NCBI GenBank assembly: GCA_951406725.2
Contig: OX597829.1
Span: 10,850,001-10,914,000, forward strand
Source: Octopus vulgaris
Lineage: Eukaryota
Length of the DNA: 64,000 nt
Reading direction: 5' to 3'
Under the pieces are notes generated by a model, which had not been told where the DNA came from, did not search any database, and was given only the letters and a program-made list of their open reading frames with translations. The translations under genes and the position numbers were made by a program. Positions 15,191 to 29,990 of the stretch are shown piece by piece (position 1 is the first letter of the stretch; each line of letters starts with the position of its first letter).

Positions 15191-16612
15191 TGTTCGTCCT
15201 CCACCAACCCCAGGAGAAGTGCTGAGAACAAAACAGCGGACTCTATGCTACTTTCGTTGACCTTACAAAAGCATTTGACACAGTGAGCAGGACAGGACTA
15301 TGACTCAACCTGGAACGACTTGGCTGTCCCACCAAGTTTCTACAGATGGTGATCCAGCTGCACGAGAATCAGTGTGGTCAGATCAGACTCAATGCTGGCC
15401 TGTCGGAGCCCTTCCCCATTTCCAACGGCGTGAAGCAGGGTTGCGTTCTGGCACCGACTCTCTTCAGCATCTTCTTCAGCATGATGATCAAGCATGCAAC
15501 TGAAGATATGGAGAATGAGGATGGGGTGTATGTTAGGTATCGTTTGGATGGCAGTCTCTTCAATCTACGGCGCCTCCAAGCACACACCAAGACCCAGGAG
15601 AGGCTGATCCGAGACCTTCTCTTCGCAGATGACGTTGTCCTTGTCGCCCACACAGAGCGAGCTCTGCAGCGCATCACATCCTGCTTTGCAGATGCCTCGC
15701 GGCTCTTTGGCCTGGAGGTCAGCCTCAAGAAGACGGAGGTGCTTCACCAACTTACATCCCAAGAAGAATACCGCCCACCCCACATCACTATCTGCGGTAC
15801 CGAACTCAACTCAACACAGCAGTTTACATACTTGGGCTGCATCATCTCATCCGATGCAAGGATCGACAAGGAAATTAACAATAGACTTTCTAAGGCAAAT
15901 AACTCCTTTGGCAGATTGTACAAACGTGTTTGGCACAATGGTGGCCTGAAGAACAAAGCAAAGATCAGTGTCTACAGGGCCGTGGTTCTCACCACTCTTT
16001 TCTATGGCTCAGAATCTTGGATCACTTACCACAGTCATATCCGTCTCCCCGAGCGCTTCCACCAGCGATGTCTCCGCACCATCCTCAACATTCACTGGAG
16101 TGACTTCGTCACAAATATTGAAGTCTCGGAGCGGGCCGAGATCCCCAGCATTGAAGCCACGCTACTGAAGTACCACCTCCGATGGGCAGGGCATGTCTCC
16201 AGAATGGAGAACCATCGCCTTCCTAAGATTGCCCTGTTTGGCGAACTCTTCACCGGCCACCGAGTAAGAGGGGCTCCGAAGAAGCACTACAAAGACTGCC
16301 TCAAGAAGTCTCTAACAGCATGTCATATTAACTACCAATGCCGATCAGACCTGGCTGCGGACCGTGATGTCTGGCGCCACACGATCTTCAACGCAGTCAG
16401 CAAGTTTGAGGAACAAAGAAGAGACGCACTTAAAGACAAGAGACGCAGGAGGAAGGCGCGAGCCGCCTCTGACACCACACCAGATGTTACCTTCGTCTGT
16501 GGACACTGCTCACAGACCTGCCTTTCCCATATCGGACTTGTCAGTCATGAGCGTGCATGCACGCGACGTGGACAGTCTTCCTGATCTTCGTTCGCGAAGC
16601 CAAGTCATAATA

Positions 16613-16615
<3 letters not shown>
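15189..16615 (+). mobile_element. 5'-truncated RTE-clade LINE; ORF 15346-16584 encodes the RT C-terminal half
   Basis: GVKQGCVLAP, LLFADD, FTYLG and RWAGHV motifs; terminal CxxC...HxxxC; short (TAA)n tail; inserted in (TA)n. Confidence 0.92.
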
Positions 16616-16673
<58 letters not shown>

Positions 16674-17712
16674 TACATATAAATGTCTATGCATGTATAT
16701 GTTTTTTTACATACAACCTACGTACATAAAGCTTTACAGAAGCGATTATATTTATCAAATATACCAAAGCTAAAACTTCATATCGTCTGATGTCCGTTTT
16801 GTCAAAAGACATTTTCTATTTATATATTGTTTCAAATACTTATTTTCAAATACCGTATTGAGGTTCCGCGAGGTGGATATCAAATGTTACTAAAACAATT
16901 AATCATTTTCCTTCGAATATTTTTCCTGTATTTCCTGGAAGTGTTTCAAATCTGTGACAATATCTCATTATGTTCTCCGAATGTTTGTTAATTAATCCTT
17001 CCTTGAATAGCAATACGCACAATCTCTTCAAAGCAAAGACTGCTTAATCAGGGTTTTGCATCATATGGATATGCAGAATTTTATCCCTGACCAGATGTTT
17101 TTATCCCTGACCTACTTTCTGTCAGATTCCATATTAGGTAGGCTTGTGATATGTTGAGATTTTTATCTTTACGTTTTAATGACGTAACGTAGTTACGCTA
17201 TAGAGTTTTGAAAAAAATCAGAAGTTGCACCTATATATGTTTATACTTTTGTTTATGTCTGGAAAGAGGACCTGTACACGACAGTTTTTGGTGACATTTA
17301 TTGTCTAGAGGATATGTAAATCTATTTCTAAATTGCACTTCTTATTATTATTATAAAAATGGTCATTATTTGCCTTTCTCGTGTTACTATCATCGATATT
17401 ATTAATACTATAATTATCATTTTTATTACCACTATTTTTATTACGATTATTATCATTGTTATTTTCATTACTATTGTTGTTAATAATGTTAATCTTGCTG
17501 TTATGCATGCCAGCATAACCATTCCTATTATTGCTATTGCTATAATTGTTCGACTTATATTATTTTTCTTATTGCATTTAACCTTACCATTGCCATTTAC
17601 ATTTTCATTTTTATTTTCTTCTTTGCTCGCAACATATATGATTATATAATTATATTACAGAGATATACTGGCATAGCAAGTAACCTGATCTAAGATCGTG
17701 TGCTGGAACGAA

Positions 17713-17963
17713 AACAATTGCAGCGTGGAAGGTGTTTATAAGCTATTTAAGAAACACACAAAATCCGTTAGATTCATTTCAACATTTAAATTTAATTTGT
17801 CAAAATATTTTCGTCTCTTTGAGACCGTGACCTGTTCACTGACAAAATTCCGTGCTGCGTCAGACGCAGATAGAAAACAGAAAACTTAAATGTTGAAATG
17901 AATCTAACGGATTTTGTGTGTGTATTAAATGGCTTATAAACACCTTCCACGCTGCAATTGTTT
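17713..17963. repeat. Foldback element (78 bp arms) enclosing a hammerhead motif
   Basis: 17713-17790 is the reverse complement of 17886-17963. Confidence 0.85.
17796..17846 (-). ncRNA. Minimal type I hammerhead ribozyme, G3-C8 variant
   Basis: tttgtca GTGAACA g gtc-acggtctcaaaga-gac GAAA atat TT tgacaaa: 7 bp stem I and palindromic stem III (AAATATTT). Confidence 0.7.
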
Positions 17964-17984
17964 ATATAATTATACATACATATA

Positions 17985-18068
17985 AGAGTGATGACCACTA
18001 AGTGGACATCCATCATGCTAGGAGGTCTACTTCTAGCAAAAGAGATGTCCACTTAGTGGTCATCCCCC

Positions 18069-18070
<2 letters not shown>
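17985..18070. repeat. Short hairpin/MITE-like element between TA runs
   Basis: 21 bp perfect arms GATGACCACTAAGTGGACATC/GATGTCCACTTAGTGGTCATC plus an inner TGCTAG/CTAGCA pair. Confidence 0.75.
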
Positions 18071-18150
<80 letters not shown>

Positions 18151-18539
18151 CATACATATATATATATATATATATACATACATATATATATATATATGTA
18201 CACACATATACATATACACACACACACACATACATACATACATACATACATACATACATTATAAAATAATGTAGGTAGCTATACGCAATATAAAACCAAA
18301 AGTGAAAACTTCACTCGTCATTAATTGTGCCTGAGAGTGCAGGGTAACATCTTTATTCCTAGAAGTAACAGCTAAACCTCTTAGAACTGTAAGAAAGCAC
18401 ATTGTTAGTATATGAAAATGTGCTTCCTTGCGGTTCTAAGGGGTTCAGCTCTTATTTTAAGCACCTTATTTTTACCCACCAACCTCAATCACGATTAGTG
18501 ACGTTTGAATATACGTCTGTGTGTGTGTGTGTGTGTGTG

Positions 18540-18868
18540 TGTAACTGGCACTCCTCGGTTATAACGAGTGTTCCAGTTGATCCTATCAGCAGAACAGTTT
18601 GCTCGCGAAATTAACGTGCAAGTGGCTGAATACTCCACAGACACGCGCACCATAAGCGTAGTTGTGAAGGAGATTCAGTGAGAAAGAGAATGTGTCAAGA
18701 CTGACCTCCTTTGAAGTACAGGTATACTTCACTTTTGCCAGTTGAGTGGACTGGAGCAACGGGAAATGAAGTGTCTTGCTCAAGGACAAAATGCGCTACC
18801 GGGTATCCAACACACGACCTTACGATCTTGATCCGAATACCCAAACCACTAAGCCATACGCCTTCACT
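18540..18868 (-). mobile_element. tRNA-derived SINE family C (central region resembles Nin/Deu-type SINEs)
   Basis: Minus head GGCGTATGGCTTAGTGGTT...CCTTGAGCAAGACACT; related head at about 29990-30290 (+). Confidence 0.65.
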
Positions 18869-18969
18869 CGCTCACACACACACACGCAAATGCAGACGCA
18901 ATACACGCGAACACACACGCCCACACACGCGCGCGCACAAACGCACACAGACACATACATTCAGGCATG

Positions 18970-19003
<34 letters not shown>

Positions 19004-19384
19004 GTATGTATATACTAAATGATGTTCATAATATATGTCAAATGCATATCATTGCTACACATCTGTATGATTCACATGTGTGACAGTCAAGAGACGCAAG
19101 CTTATGGCTATGTGTTTGTCTGCATCCTTATCAATATTTCCCAAACCATCTATTATTTTAATCTTTCCCAAGACAGCTATTAATAAAGGAATTGCTTCTG
19201 TTTTCTATCTGTAAAATTCTGGTTATCTCTATTTCTAGATCTTTGTATTTTGAATCTTTCCCTATTACTTGTAGTCTGTTGGAAATGATACGACCATTAA
19301 AAGGTACTTCCTATTATTAGTGTGAATATTAGTATTTTTTTATTATTGTTGTTATTGTCGTCGTCGTTGTCATTGTTGTTTTTA

Positions 19385-20960
19385 TTCTGAGAGACACTGG
19401 GATAGTTCTTGATTACCGGTTATCCTTTACTTGAAAGCAGGCATTACCAAATCACCAAATGTTTCAAGTAGTGACTCAAAGAGACAATATTCTCCTTAGA
19501 ATGCGAGCTGTACCCAACAATTCTGTCTTCTGGATTACTTCCAGCCTGACATCAGCTCCAATATTCTTAATATATTTTTCAAAGACCTTGGAAACCGCTC
19601 CCAATGCTCCAATTACCACTGGTATCATCATTACTTTCCTTATGCCCCATAACTTACCCCTCTCGTCCCACAGTGGCTGGTATTTCTCGATCTTTTCTGT
19701 TTCCTTACATTTCCCCCTCGAATCGCCTGGTATTGCAACATCTATCATCTTTGCTTCTTATAAATCTTTATGGATGATCACGATATCTGGGCGTCTCGCC
19801 TCTATGACTTGGTCGCACTGTATGTCAAAATCCCAGAATATTTTGTAATGTTCATTTTCGATAACCCCACCTGGCTTGTGCTCGTACCATTATTCGGCTC
19901 TCTCGAGGTTTGCTTTATCGCACAACGGCCAGTGGATAAATCTGGCCACATTGTCGTGTCTCCCTTTGTATTCGCTAACAATATGGCTTATACTTTCTCC
20001 CTTCTCAGAGCACATCCTACACTGTGGCGAGTCAGTGCTTTCATCAATGTGATATTTGGATTAGTTTGTTCTGAGAGCTTGTCCTTTAACGCTGCACACT
20101 AATGCCTCAGTAGACCCCTTTAAGTCTCCTTTCTGCAGTCATTGCCAGGTTCTATTCCAATCAATCTCATCTTTATTCTCCAAGAACTGACTGCGCATTT
20201 TATTGACCTGCCAAATTTCCTTCATCTGCTCTCTCTCGTTGGATCTACAGCATCGTTCACTTTTAAGGTTTCCTGCATTTTCACTGCTTCAATCATTTCT
20301 TCCTTACTCCCCTTGACATACCAAGCCAAGCTATTTTCTTCTTCCTTTATACAACCCTCACAACACATCAATCCCCGCCCTCCTTGCTTCTTTTTTACAT
20401 ACAATCTTGACACATCACAATTGGTGTGCAGTTCCTTGTTCATTGTCATTCATTTACATGTTCCCCGGTCTGTCTCTTGTAATTCATTCTTCTTCCAAGA
20501 TACTATTCTAACCCCATATTTCATCAAAGCAACCGCCTACGTGTTAATGGCTCTAATCTTATAGTGGACATTTAGCTTCGGTTGGAGCACAAGCCGAGTT
20601 CTCCTCAAATACTCTTTCTAGTATATTTCTTTCATCTTGCGTTCATTCATCTTATCTCTTTCAATGATACCCAGGTACTTATATCCTTCCTCTTCGACTT
20701 CTTTTATAGTTTCACCACTTTCCAGCTTAATCCCATGGCATTTACTGATTTTCTCCCTTTTGAGAATCATTGCACCACATTTCTCCATCCCAAATTCCAT
20801 GCCAATACCTTTGCTAATCATCTGCACAGTTGCTGTCAAACTCTCAATTTTTTCCTTAGTCTTAGGAAATAGCTTTAGGTCATCCATAAACCACAAGTTG
20901 TTTACTTTCACCCTGTTTAGCATGTTCCCCACATGCATCTTTCTTAAAGCGCTCGTTAGT
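19385..20960 (-). mobile_element. 5'-truncated, degraded R4/Dong-like LINE (RT and RLE)
   Basis: VNNLWFMDDLKLF, YKYLG, RLYVKKKQGGRGL, RPDI...IDVAIP, PVVIGALG and QKTELLGTARILRRIL; triplet-repeat tail. Confidence 0.9.
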
Positions 20961-20965
20961 GGCAG

Positions 20966-21140
20966 TAAGGGACATGCTCAACTGGTTAAGGCCAAACAAC
21001 TGACAAACAAATCTGTGGTATTGAGCAGAATATTTGCTGTAGCCCATCTTTTATACCAAGACAAAACAATGTACATGATAACACTTCCAATTAGTTAAGA
21101 TAAGGACCCATGAGAGCCACTGCCTGGTACTGCGTCGGAG
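20966..21140 (-). repeat. Partial copy of the 311-820 repeat
   Basis: Matches 660-815. Confidence 0.8.
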
Positions 21141-21247
21141 CTGCTATTATTGTTGTTGTTGTTGTTATTATTATTGTTATTATTATTATTATTATTATTA
21201 TTGTTGTTGTTGTTATGTTGTTATTATTGTTATCATTATTATTATTG

Positions 21248-21310
<63 letters not shown>

Positions 21311-21312
<2 letters not shown>

Positions 21313-21803
21313 GAGTGAGAGAGCAGTGCATGCCATCAAAGTGACACTGGGGTAAAATATACGAAGCCCAATATACCCATCATAACTACCCATCTGATAA
21401 GGTTACACCAGGCACATGCATCACAACCATGTGTGCATGACTTGGTGATCTCATATCGAGATAAACTGCACATGACCTTGCAGGTGGGGCCCAGTTAGAA
21501 TTTTCTTCAGGTTGAGTAGCCCATCCCGCTCAAAAGGTCCCTGAATAAGGGTTGTTTAAGGATGTTGAAAGAACCACCCACGTTTACAGAGGTGAATTAT
21601 TCAAACCCCAAAGAATCACTCTCAACACATGGCTATGATGCTCCCCCACTACTTCTGCTCGTGATCAGAGATGCACATATCGTCAGCCACTAAGGGACAT
21701 GCTCAACTGGTTAAAGTCAAACAACTGACAAGCAAATCTGTGGTATTGAGCAGAATATTTGCTCAATATTGAGCAGAATATTGTTATACCAAGACAAAAC
21801 AAT

Positions 21804-21806
<3 letters not shown>
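21311..21806 (-). repeat. Copy of the 311-820 repeat inside (TAT)n
   Basis: Direct sequence match, with (TAT)n on both sides. Confidence 0.85.
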
Positions 21807-21867
<61 letters not shown>

Positions 21868-21899
21868 TATTACTATTATTATTAATATTATTATTATTG

Positions 21900-22369
<470 letters not shown>

Positions 22370-24569
22370 AACGTTCTGTGTTCAGTTACCATTGTGGTTG
22401 GTTTTGCAATTTTCCCTTTTATTTCTTGAGGCTGGTCAAAAATAAGTATCAGTCAACAACTAGGGTTAAAATATTCGGCTAACCCTCTCCCTTCAAAATC
22501 GCTGTCCCTCTACCTAAATTAAAACAACTATACTGCTGCTGCGGTTGTTGTTGTTGTAGTTGTTGTTGTAGCTATTGCTCTTGCTCTTGCTCTTGTTCCT
22601 GTTATCGCTTACAATAAGCAGAACTCTCTCTCACAGCTTGCAGAACTGGATTTTACCCACAATCAGTTGATCGAAACATCTTTTTCAATTTACTTTGCTA
22701 ACAAAGTACTTTGAGTGCCCACACCATTTCCTTCACATGAGAAAAAGTTCCTACTAAGTGTTTTTTTTTTAACTGTTTAAATTTTTGTAAATATAGTTCA
22801 CTAGTGATTCAATATGTTCTGTTCTGGGAAATATGGAAGATGTGCTATCAGCAAACGTGGCAGCAGTGAATGTGTCCTCAGGGAAAATATTGAATGCAAA
22901 TATTCAAACTAAAATGAAAACAAAATAAAGTAGTGAAAAAACGATGACAACTGAACAAGCAGAGGCAGTTACAGACACTGCTTTGTCAAATACCAACGGA
23001 AATCAGTATATCTTTTGCTTGCGTAGCGTAGCAAAGTGATACTCTGACCAGGACTCAGCCAGGGAAAAAAAAACGTGTGGTAAGTACGCTCTTGGCAGGA
23101 AAATTCGTAAATGAAAGAAAGAGAAGAAAAGGAAAGCATACATCAAAATGGTTTACTGTTTGTATTTCCAACATCAGAGAGTGAATTTCCATATGTTATT
23201 AAGTTGGAAAAATTCCAGGTTGGCATATGGTACGCTGTGTTTTCCGTCGAAAGTATGAACGTCGTAAAGACTGAAAACAACATGATGAGCCAGGTTGCAC
23301 TCGTGTTTCGAATACTTCTTTACAGGCTAGGACCGCAATATAATTGAAAGCGAAACACAAGTTTTAGGCCATAAACATAGGTAGAGAAGAATGAACAGGT
23401 GAATTGTCGAGATAGCACGTAACAATGTATGGGAGAAATGACTACACGGAAATGCAAGTACTATTGACTTTCCATGACCGCATAGATCTATGTTAGCTGT
23501 ATCCCGTTGTGGAAGCAGAAATGAAGGCAATCAGGTTAGTGGTGCAGAGTAGAAAGTCTAACTGCTACACATGTGGGAGTAAGATCCCCTTGAGAGCCTT
23601 GTGACAGAGGAGGAAGAAAGTAAAATTGGAAAAAAGGGTGACGTACAGCAGTAGAGAGAGTAACGACACCAGGCTACAGAAACTTCCAGTACAAGCATGG
23701 AAAGCAGTCAGAATCGAGGCATGTTCTGATCCTAGCTAGCTGGAAGTTTGTTACTTACAACATCGTAATATATCAGTACTATCAAAAGCCCCCATCATTA
23801 CTTGAAACAAGCGTTCCAAACTCGTCCTCCATCTAACCATTGTTGAGTAAACTAGTTAGTAGCGGTATGCAGAGAACAAATAGGAGATTCAACAGACAGT
23901 CCCTTTGAAAGATTCCTCTTTTGATATTTACCTCTCCAAGCTTATCTTCCCATGCTGCGAGTTCATTTCGCCAAGTTGCCATTTAGTTTTGTATTAACTT
24001 CAGGATATTGTGTTTGTTATTAGTAAAAAAGGCGCCAAAACACAACTCACTTATCATTCCAACACATTTGACGGTGGAATTGCTATAACAATACAGAAAA
24101 GGTAAATTGGTTTTTATTTTACTCTGTATATATTTTATTATATAATATTATATATAGATATATGTATATATAATTGCAGTATGAAACAGTGTTTATGTAT
24201 AAACAGACGACACTTATATATAGTTATTAATAAATGTATGCATCCGTTTAACCCTTTCGTTACCAAACCGCCCGAATTTACCTATTCATATTTAAATGAG
24301 AATATCAGAGTAAATCTCTTTAGTACATTCGTGAAAACACGTATAGGAAACACTTCAACTACAGTTTTGTACAAAAATCGAAGTGTAATTTTAATTCCGT
24401 GAATTATGGGAGATTTTTTTCCGAAATTTGTTCCTATTGTGTTTTCAAAATTTGTAATTCTGACAAAAAATGGATACGAATTTCATTATATCAAGCAGCG
24501 AGTCAGAATTCAAAGGATTTTCTACTGAAGACCTTCATAAATCTAACTCTATGACTGAAAAAAAAAGCA

Positions 24570-24963
24570 TCTTTATATAAGAGTGAAGTTGTGTGTCTGT
24601 CTCCTACGATTTAGATTCGTAACTACTCCCACATTTTGCGGTGCAGTTTAACCAAAAGCGGGTATCTTATAGTCGTGATTCATATCGAGCCCTTCTGGGT
24701 ATTAGCACGCGTCTACGTTGAGTCTACGATTTAAAAAAAAATTACCATCATATTTTTCCATTTTAATGTATTTATTTCGCTTTTATATAGGGGAAGTAAC
24801 TCTCTAAAAATATCTACGATGTGTCAACGATTTAAAAAAAATTTACCTTAATTTTTTTTCAATTTTTAATGCATTTTTTTGCTATTTTTTGGCTATAACT
24901 CTCTAAAAATGCTTATATAGTTATTTCGCTTACAACCCGAGCAACGCCGGGCGATACTGCTAG
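24570..24963 (+). mobile_element. Non-autonomous Helitron
   Basis: A|TCTTTATATAAGAGTGAAGTTG at the 5' end, CCCGAGCAACGCCGGGCGATACTG-CTAG|T at the 3' end; termini match 10023-10410; internal ~100 bp duplication. Confidence 0.8.
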
Positions 24964-26156
24964 TATATATATAAAACACAAAATATTACCCTCTCATAGA
25001 AATATATACTGCATAACACGGAGGCGTGTAAGCTGTCCCAGTAAGTTATCATAAGTCTGAATAACACAGGCGCACATATATTAAATAATAAAGTTACTGC
25101 ATTAATTATACAGTATTATCAACTAAGTTTCATAACAGCCCCTTCATCTTACCGAGTGGTTTCGTAACCGAATGTTTGAAGAGCTTCATTTTTGCAACCA
25201 TGTGATTCTAGGTTCGATTTCACTACACCTTGATCAAGAGTAATTTATTTTCTATAGTTTCTAGTTGACTAATATCTTGTAAGTGAAGCAGTGTAGAAGA
25301 GCATCGGATTTAACGAACCTGTAATTCAATCGCCCAGCCCTCTAGCATATTATACCATGTTGGTTCTTATAATAAAGGTACGCTTGCCTGTGGAATACTG
25401 TTACACGATTATTCATTGAGACTAGTTGATCAAACAACTCCACGATTTATCCTCCCATGGCTCACTTAACACACGATGACTTGGTCGATCGGTTGATTGG
25501 CTGCTTGCCAACTTGTTTCTGTGGCTCAGGCACTGTCTTTTAAGCTGCAACCGTTTTCTTTATATTTTATTGGTCATCAGGGAAAAGTCGCCGTTAAAGT
25601 TAAACATGGCCATATCCTAACCACTTTCATACTAACAACTGCTGTCTGACCCTTGATTTATGATTGTATTGTGTCGTTAAAGAAGTTATATAGCTTTTGC
25701 TGTCTAGTTAAGTTGGTAGGTAGGTAGGAAAGAATGTATGTTTGTAGGTGGGTATAGAAGTGCGACACAATGATTTATGGAATAGGAATGCTGTATGATT
25801 AGTAAGTGCTTTGTTAGTTTGAATTATCTCGTTTAATTCTGTCTCTGGATCCCAAGAGGATAACTGAAAATCACTGGAGCGTATTCTAGTCAAAAATATT
25901 TTGAAATTAGTACTAGGGTCACCAAGTAATCAAATTCCCACGAGAATCTTTTAGTGAAAAAATTAAGCAACAATAAATAATCCCAGTAAGAGTAACATCA
26001 TGAGCAGGACAGCAACATCATCATCGGCGTGAACTTCTACTCAGTCGCAGGATCCGCTAGAAATAGTAACCAAATTCCCTCAAAGGATACACATTACCAT
26101 CTTAAAGGAATGATATATTTGACAATGTAGTCTTAGTTAACGATAGAAAGAAGGGA

Positions 26157-26230
26157 TGGTGAAGCCTCAAATGTCTCTATCAACCAAGGCTCAAATGGTG
26201 AAGCCTCAAATGTCTCTATCAACCAAGGCT
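26157..26230. repeat. 38 bp tandem duplication
   Basis: ATGGTGAAGCCTCAAATGTCTCTATCAACCAAGGCT occurs twice. Confidence 0.9.
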
Positions 26231-27781
26231 GACCTGACGATAAAAAAAGGTGACCTCATCATCACCATCGTCATCTATAATGCATTTTTGTTCCCGTAGA
26301 TAACCACTACAGGACTGGGAAGCAAACCTTATTAAGTTTGGCACTTCTTTTGATTATTAGTCCACTCGCAAAAACCATAATTTACTTTAAGTTGGAGTTT
26401 GAACCCAGAACGCATAGAGTCGAAATAAACATCATATTCTGTACGACTTTCTAAGAATACCAACTATCAACCATCGGACTGTTGGCCTCGGCGGAATTTG
26501 AACTCAGTGAGACGGAAACGTTCTAATGGCTCTACCACTTCGCTGCAGCGTACTTAATTTAGCAGCATAAATACAAAAGGGTCCACAAATGGAATTTATA
26601 ATAAAGGAAATGTCAATGTCATTTGTTGCTGTATAAATACATACATACGCGTATATATTTACTGCAATAACTACTCGACGGTAGAATAAAGTTTGTTTTA
26701 ATAAAGATTTCTATAAACTAATATTTTTCATAACATTGACAAGATGTGGCGAAATATATTTCTTGCAAGTAGATAAATCACCAAAGCATATTGATAAAAG
26801 CGACGGCAAATCTTGGCTACAACGACGAATAATAAAGATTTTGCGGAAATATTTAAATCTGATCCTAGTACAGCAATCTATGGTATATTTACTGACCTTT
26901 TTGCAATGGTTTGAGAATGTAATGCGATTTCAAAAAGGTTGCAACTATGCCGTTGTAATAAAGAGTCCGTTAAAAAAAAAGTGAATTTATCAATTTAGTC
27001 AGGTAGTGAAAACAAGCCTTCTGGAAAGTAAAATCTTTTTTAAGTAAGACATTTTCTCAGACAATCGATAAAAGATTTTGTCAAAACCTTGCATGAAATA
27101 TTTTTGTGAAAATAAGTTGCTTTTTGAAAAAGGAGAAAAGGAACGTATATAAAATTTATCTTCGTCAGGGGCATGATCGTATATTTATCAATTATTGACA
27201 ACAGGGAAGCACTGAAGGAATCTGATTTTACGAACGACAAAGTGTTTTTTATCATTCACACATCTTCGCATTGAAGAAATATCCCTCAGTTCCGGCCATT
27301 TATAATGTAGAAATATCTTAGAGTTACCAATCAAAGGTGACGGGTTACGCTCAGTAATACCAGGAACAAAGCATTACTGATGGATTTACATAAGTGGGAG
27401 ACAAGAAACTATTATGATTACTAAAACATGATAAAAGAAATCAAGTGATGAACTATTTTTTTTTTAGTGAAGGGAGAACAGTTTTTATATATATATATAT
27501 ATATATTGAGGAGTATGAGACTTAAACAAATCTTTGGCTTTATTCCAGTACGATTAGATTAGCACTGTTCTAATGTTCTGAGATCTGAAGAAAATCGCAA
27601 AACTTTTTAGTCACTTTCTACCCCTGTTTAAAATAATCGCTAACATTCTCTGACTGGACACAGTTTTATAGCAAAGATTTGTTCAAGAAAACTGGTCACT
27701 GGAAGAAATATTTTAAAATTTCAGATCATAGATTAAGTATATCATAAAACCAAATAAAACCATTTGGGTGGGGTAGAGAGA

Positions 27782-27817
<36 letters not shown>

Positions 27818-29188
27818 GTAGATGTGTTTAATAAATTGGTTTGCCTTGAGGTGTAAAAGTATGTAATGCTGTAGACATTTACCCTTCTTCAAAAGCGAGA
27901 GAGAGAGAGGACAGAAGGAGAGAGAGAGAGGACAGAAGGAGAGAGAGAGGACAGAAGAAGAGAGAGGACAGAAGAAGAGAGATGACAGAAGGAGAGAGAG
28001 GGAGTTAAGAGAGAGAGAATATAGACGTGTTGCTGCTTAGATCACTATGTTATGGACGAAAAAATGGGGAAAGAAGATTTGGAAGGATTAATGTATGGGA
28101 AGAGAGACGGGAAGAAGTGGTTTTATGAGAAGTGTGAGTGCTATGCGATATGGAAAAGAATCTGAGTGAAAAGTAGGGTTCAAAATTAGTAGCTGAAACA
28201 AGTTAGAGAGTAAGGTTACCCGTTTGTAGTAAGACACATGTAGAAAGACTCATGTAGTAAGATTCTTGCACACAAAGCAGATGCCCGAAAGCAAGAAGAA
28301 AGTGAATGTGCTAGCAGAAAATTAAGACCTGCGAGATTAAAAAAGTCGAGTGGCTCTAAAGAATGTAAAGAATCAGGAGACTGTAAAGAATGTAAGGAAT
28401 TAAAGAGTCAGAATCTGTAAGGAAGTGGTTGGGGGTAAGTTTTAATGCCCAAAATATTGCTTTTCATATCTTAAGGTATATAACTTTCTTGTTAATGTTT
28501 TCTTGTGTAATAAGTAATATGATCTTAATATAATTAAGATCGTTAATTCTGATTCTTGATCAAGAGTTTCGACAACATTTAAACTTTTACACAGAAAAGT
28601 TCAGTGTAAGTGAAAAAGGAGTAACACTGTGCGGTAAATAATTTCGAGGACTTCATCCCATTTTTTAGATTTTCGAGCAACGACCTTCTATCGTAGTCCT
28701 AAATTAATCACAACGTGTCATGGAATTTGACAGTGGAAACTTTGATTCTCAGGTAGAGGATTGTTTTTGGTGTAACACTGACTGCATCACTTAGATTAAC
28801 ACTGCAACAATATCACTGTAGAAAGTATTCAAAAGAGATTACAAAATATGCGGGAATATTACATGTGTATATAAATGTGAGTGTACGTGTGTGCTTATAT
28901 GTATATATGTGTATGTGTATGAGCGTTATCTATGTATATATAGATTTATATGTGTATGTATATCTGTATATATATATATATATATCACCGTCACCGTGAC
29001 CAACCAGGCTATCAGATGTTACTACACGTCGCTGGTCACAATGCGCTTCGCATTGTTTTAGCCCTCAAATGACGCCGCCCCAGTGGCTAAGCAAGCAGGC
29101 CATATATATTTATATGTGTGTGTGTGTGTGTGTATGTATGTATATATATATATATATGTGTGTGTGTGTATATATATGTATATATATA

Positions 29189-29625
29189 TTAATTGTTACC
29201 GCCATATTAATATGGCAATCTTATAGATATAAGACTAAAAGCTGTCGCTGATTAGCTCCATGAGGCCATCGCCTTAAGATAGCTATATGACACACAAACT
29301 GTGTCCATTAGAACCTTCGAACAAGGGAGGTCAGCCGCTTCACAATGCTAGTCAGACAGCTACAGACGCGTTTCAGGGTATTTGCCCCTTGTCAATGTAG
29401 CGTCTGTAGCTGTCTGACTAGCAGTGTGAAGCGGCTGACCTCCCTTGTTCGAAGGTTCTAATGGACACAGTTTGTGTGTCATATAGCTATCATGGAGCTA
29501 ATCAGCGACAGCTTTTAGTCTTATATCTATAAGATTGCCATATTAATATGGCGATAACAATTAATTTCCAGTAACGCTGTCGTAATCTCATTTAGAGAGA
29601 CTTAGTAATTTTAATATTTCTATTA
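29189..29625. mobile_element. Foldback copy of the 362 bp HHR repeat family
   Basis: Minus arm 29189-29402 (HHR at about 29359-29401), plus arm 29400-29625; homologous to 35081-35861; ends at (TA)n. Confidence 0.85.
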
Positions 29626-29649
29626 TATATATATATATGTATATGTATG

Positions 29650-29685
<36 letters not shown>

Positions 29686-29689
29686 TATA

Positions 29690-29725
<36 letters not shown>

Positions 29726-29867
29726 TGTATGTATGTATGTATGTATGTATGTATGTATGGAATAAATAAATAAATGAGCGGATATTGAACCGGTCAGTGT
29801 GTAATATTAAGGAATTGTTGCAAAACACGAATTCTCATAAGATATCTTTCCAACCAGATCCAAAAAC

Positions 29868-29990
<123 letters not shown>

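Noticed and set aside
24248-24275. piggyBac-like TTAA-CCC terminus
   Set aside because: No matching opposite terminus found nearby.
27895-28000. GAGGACAGAAG short repeats, superficially array-like
   Set aside because: Purine minisatellite without unique spacers in a eukaryotic context; not CRISPR.
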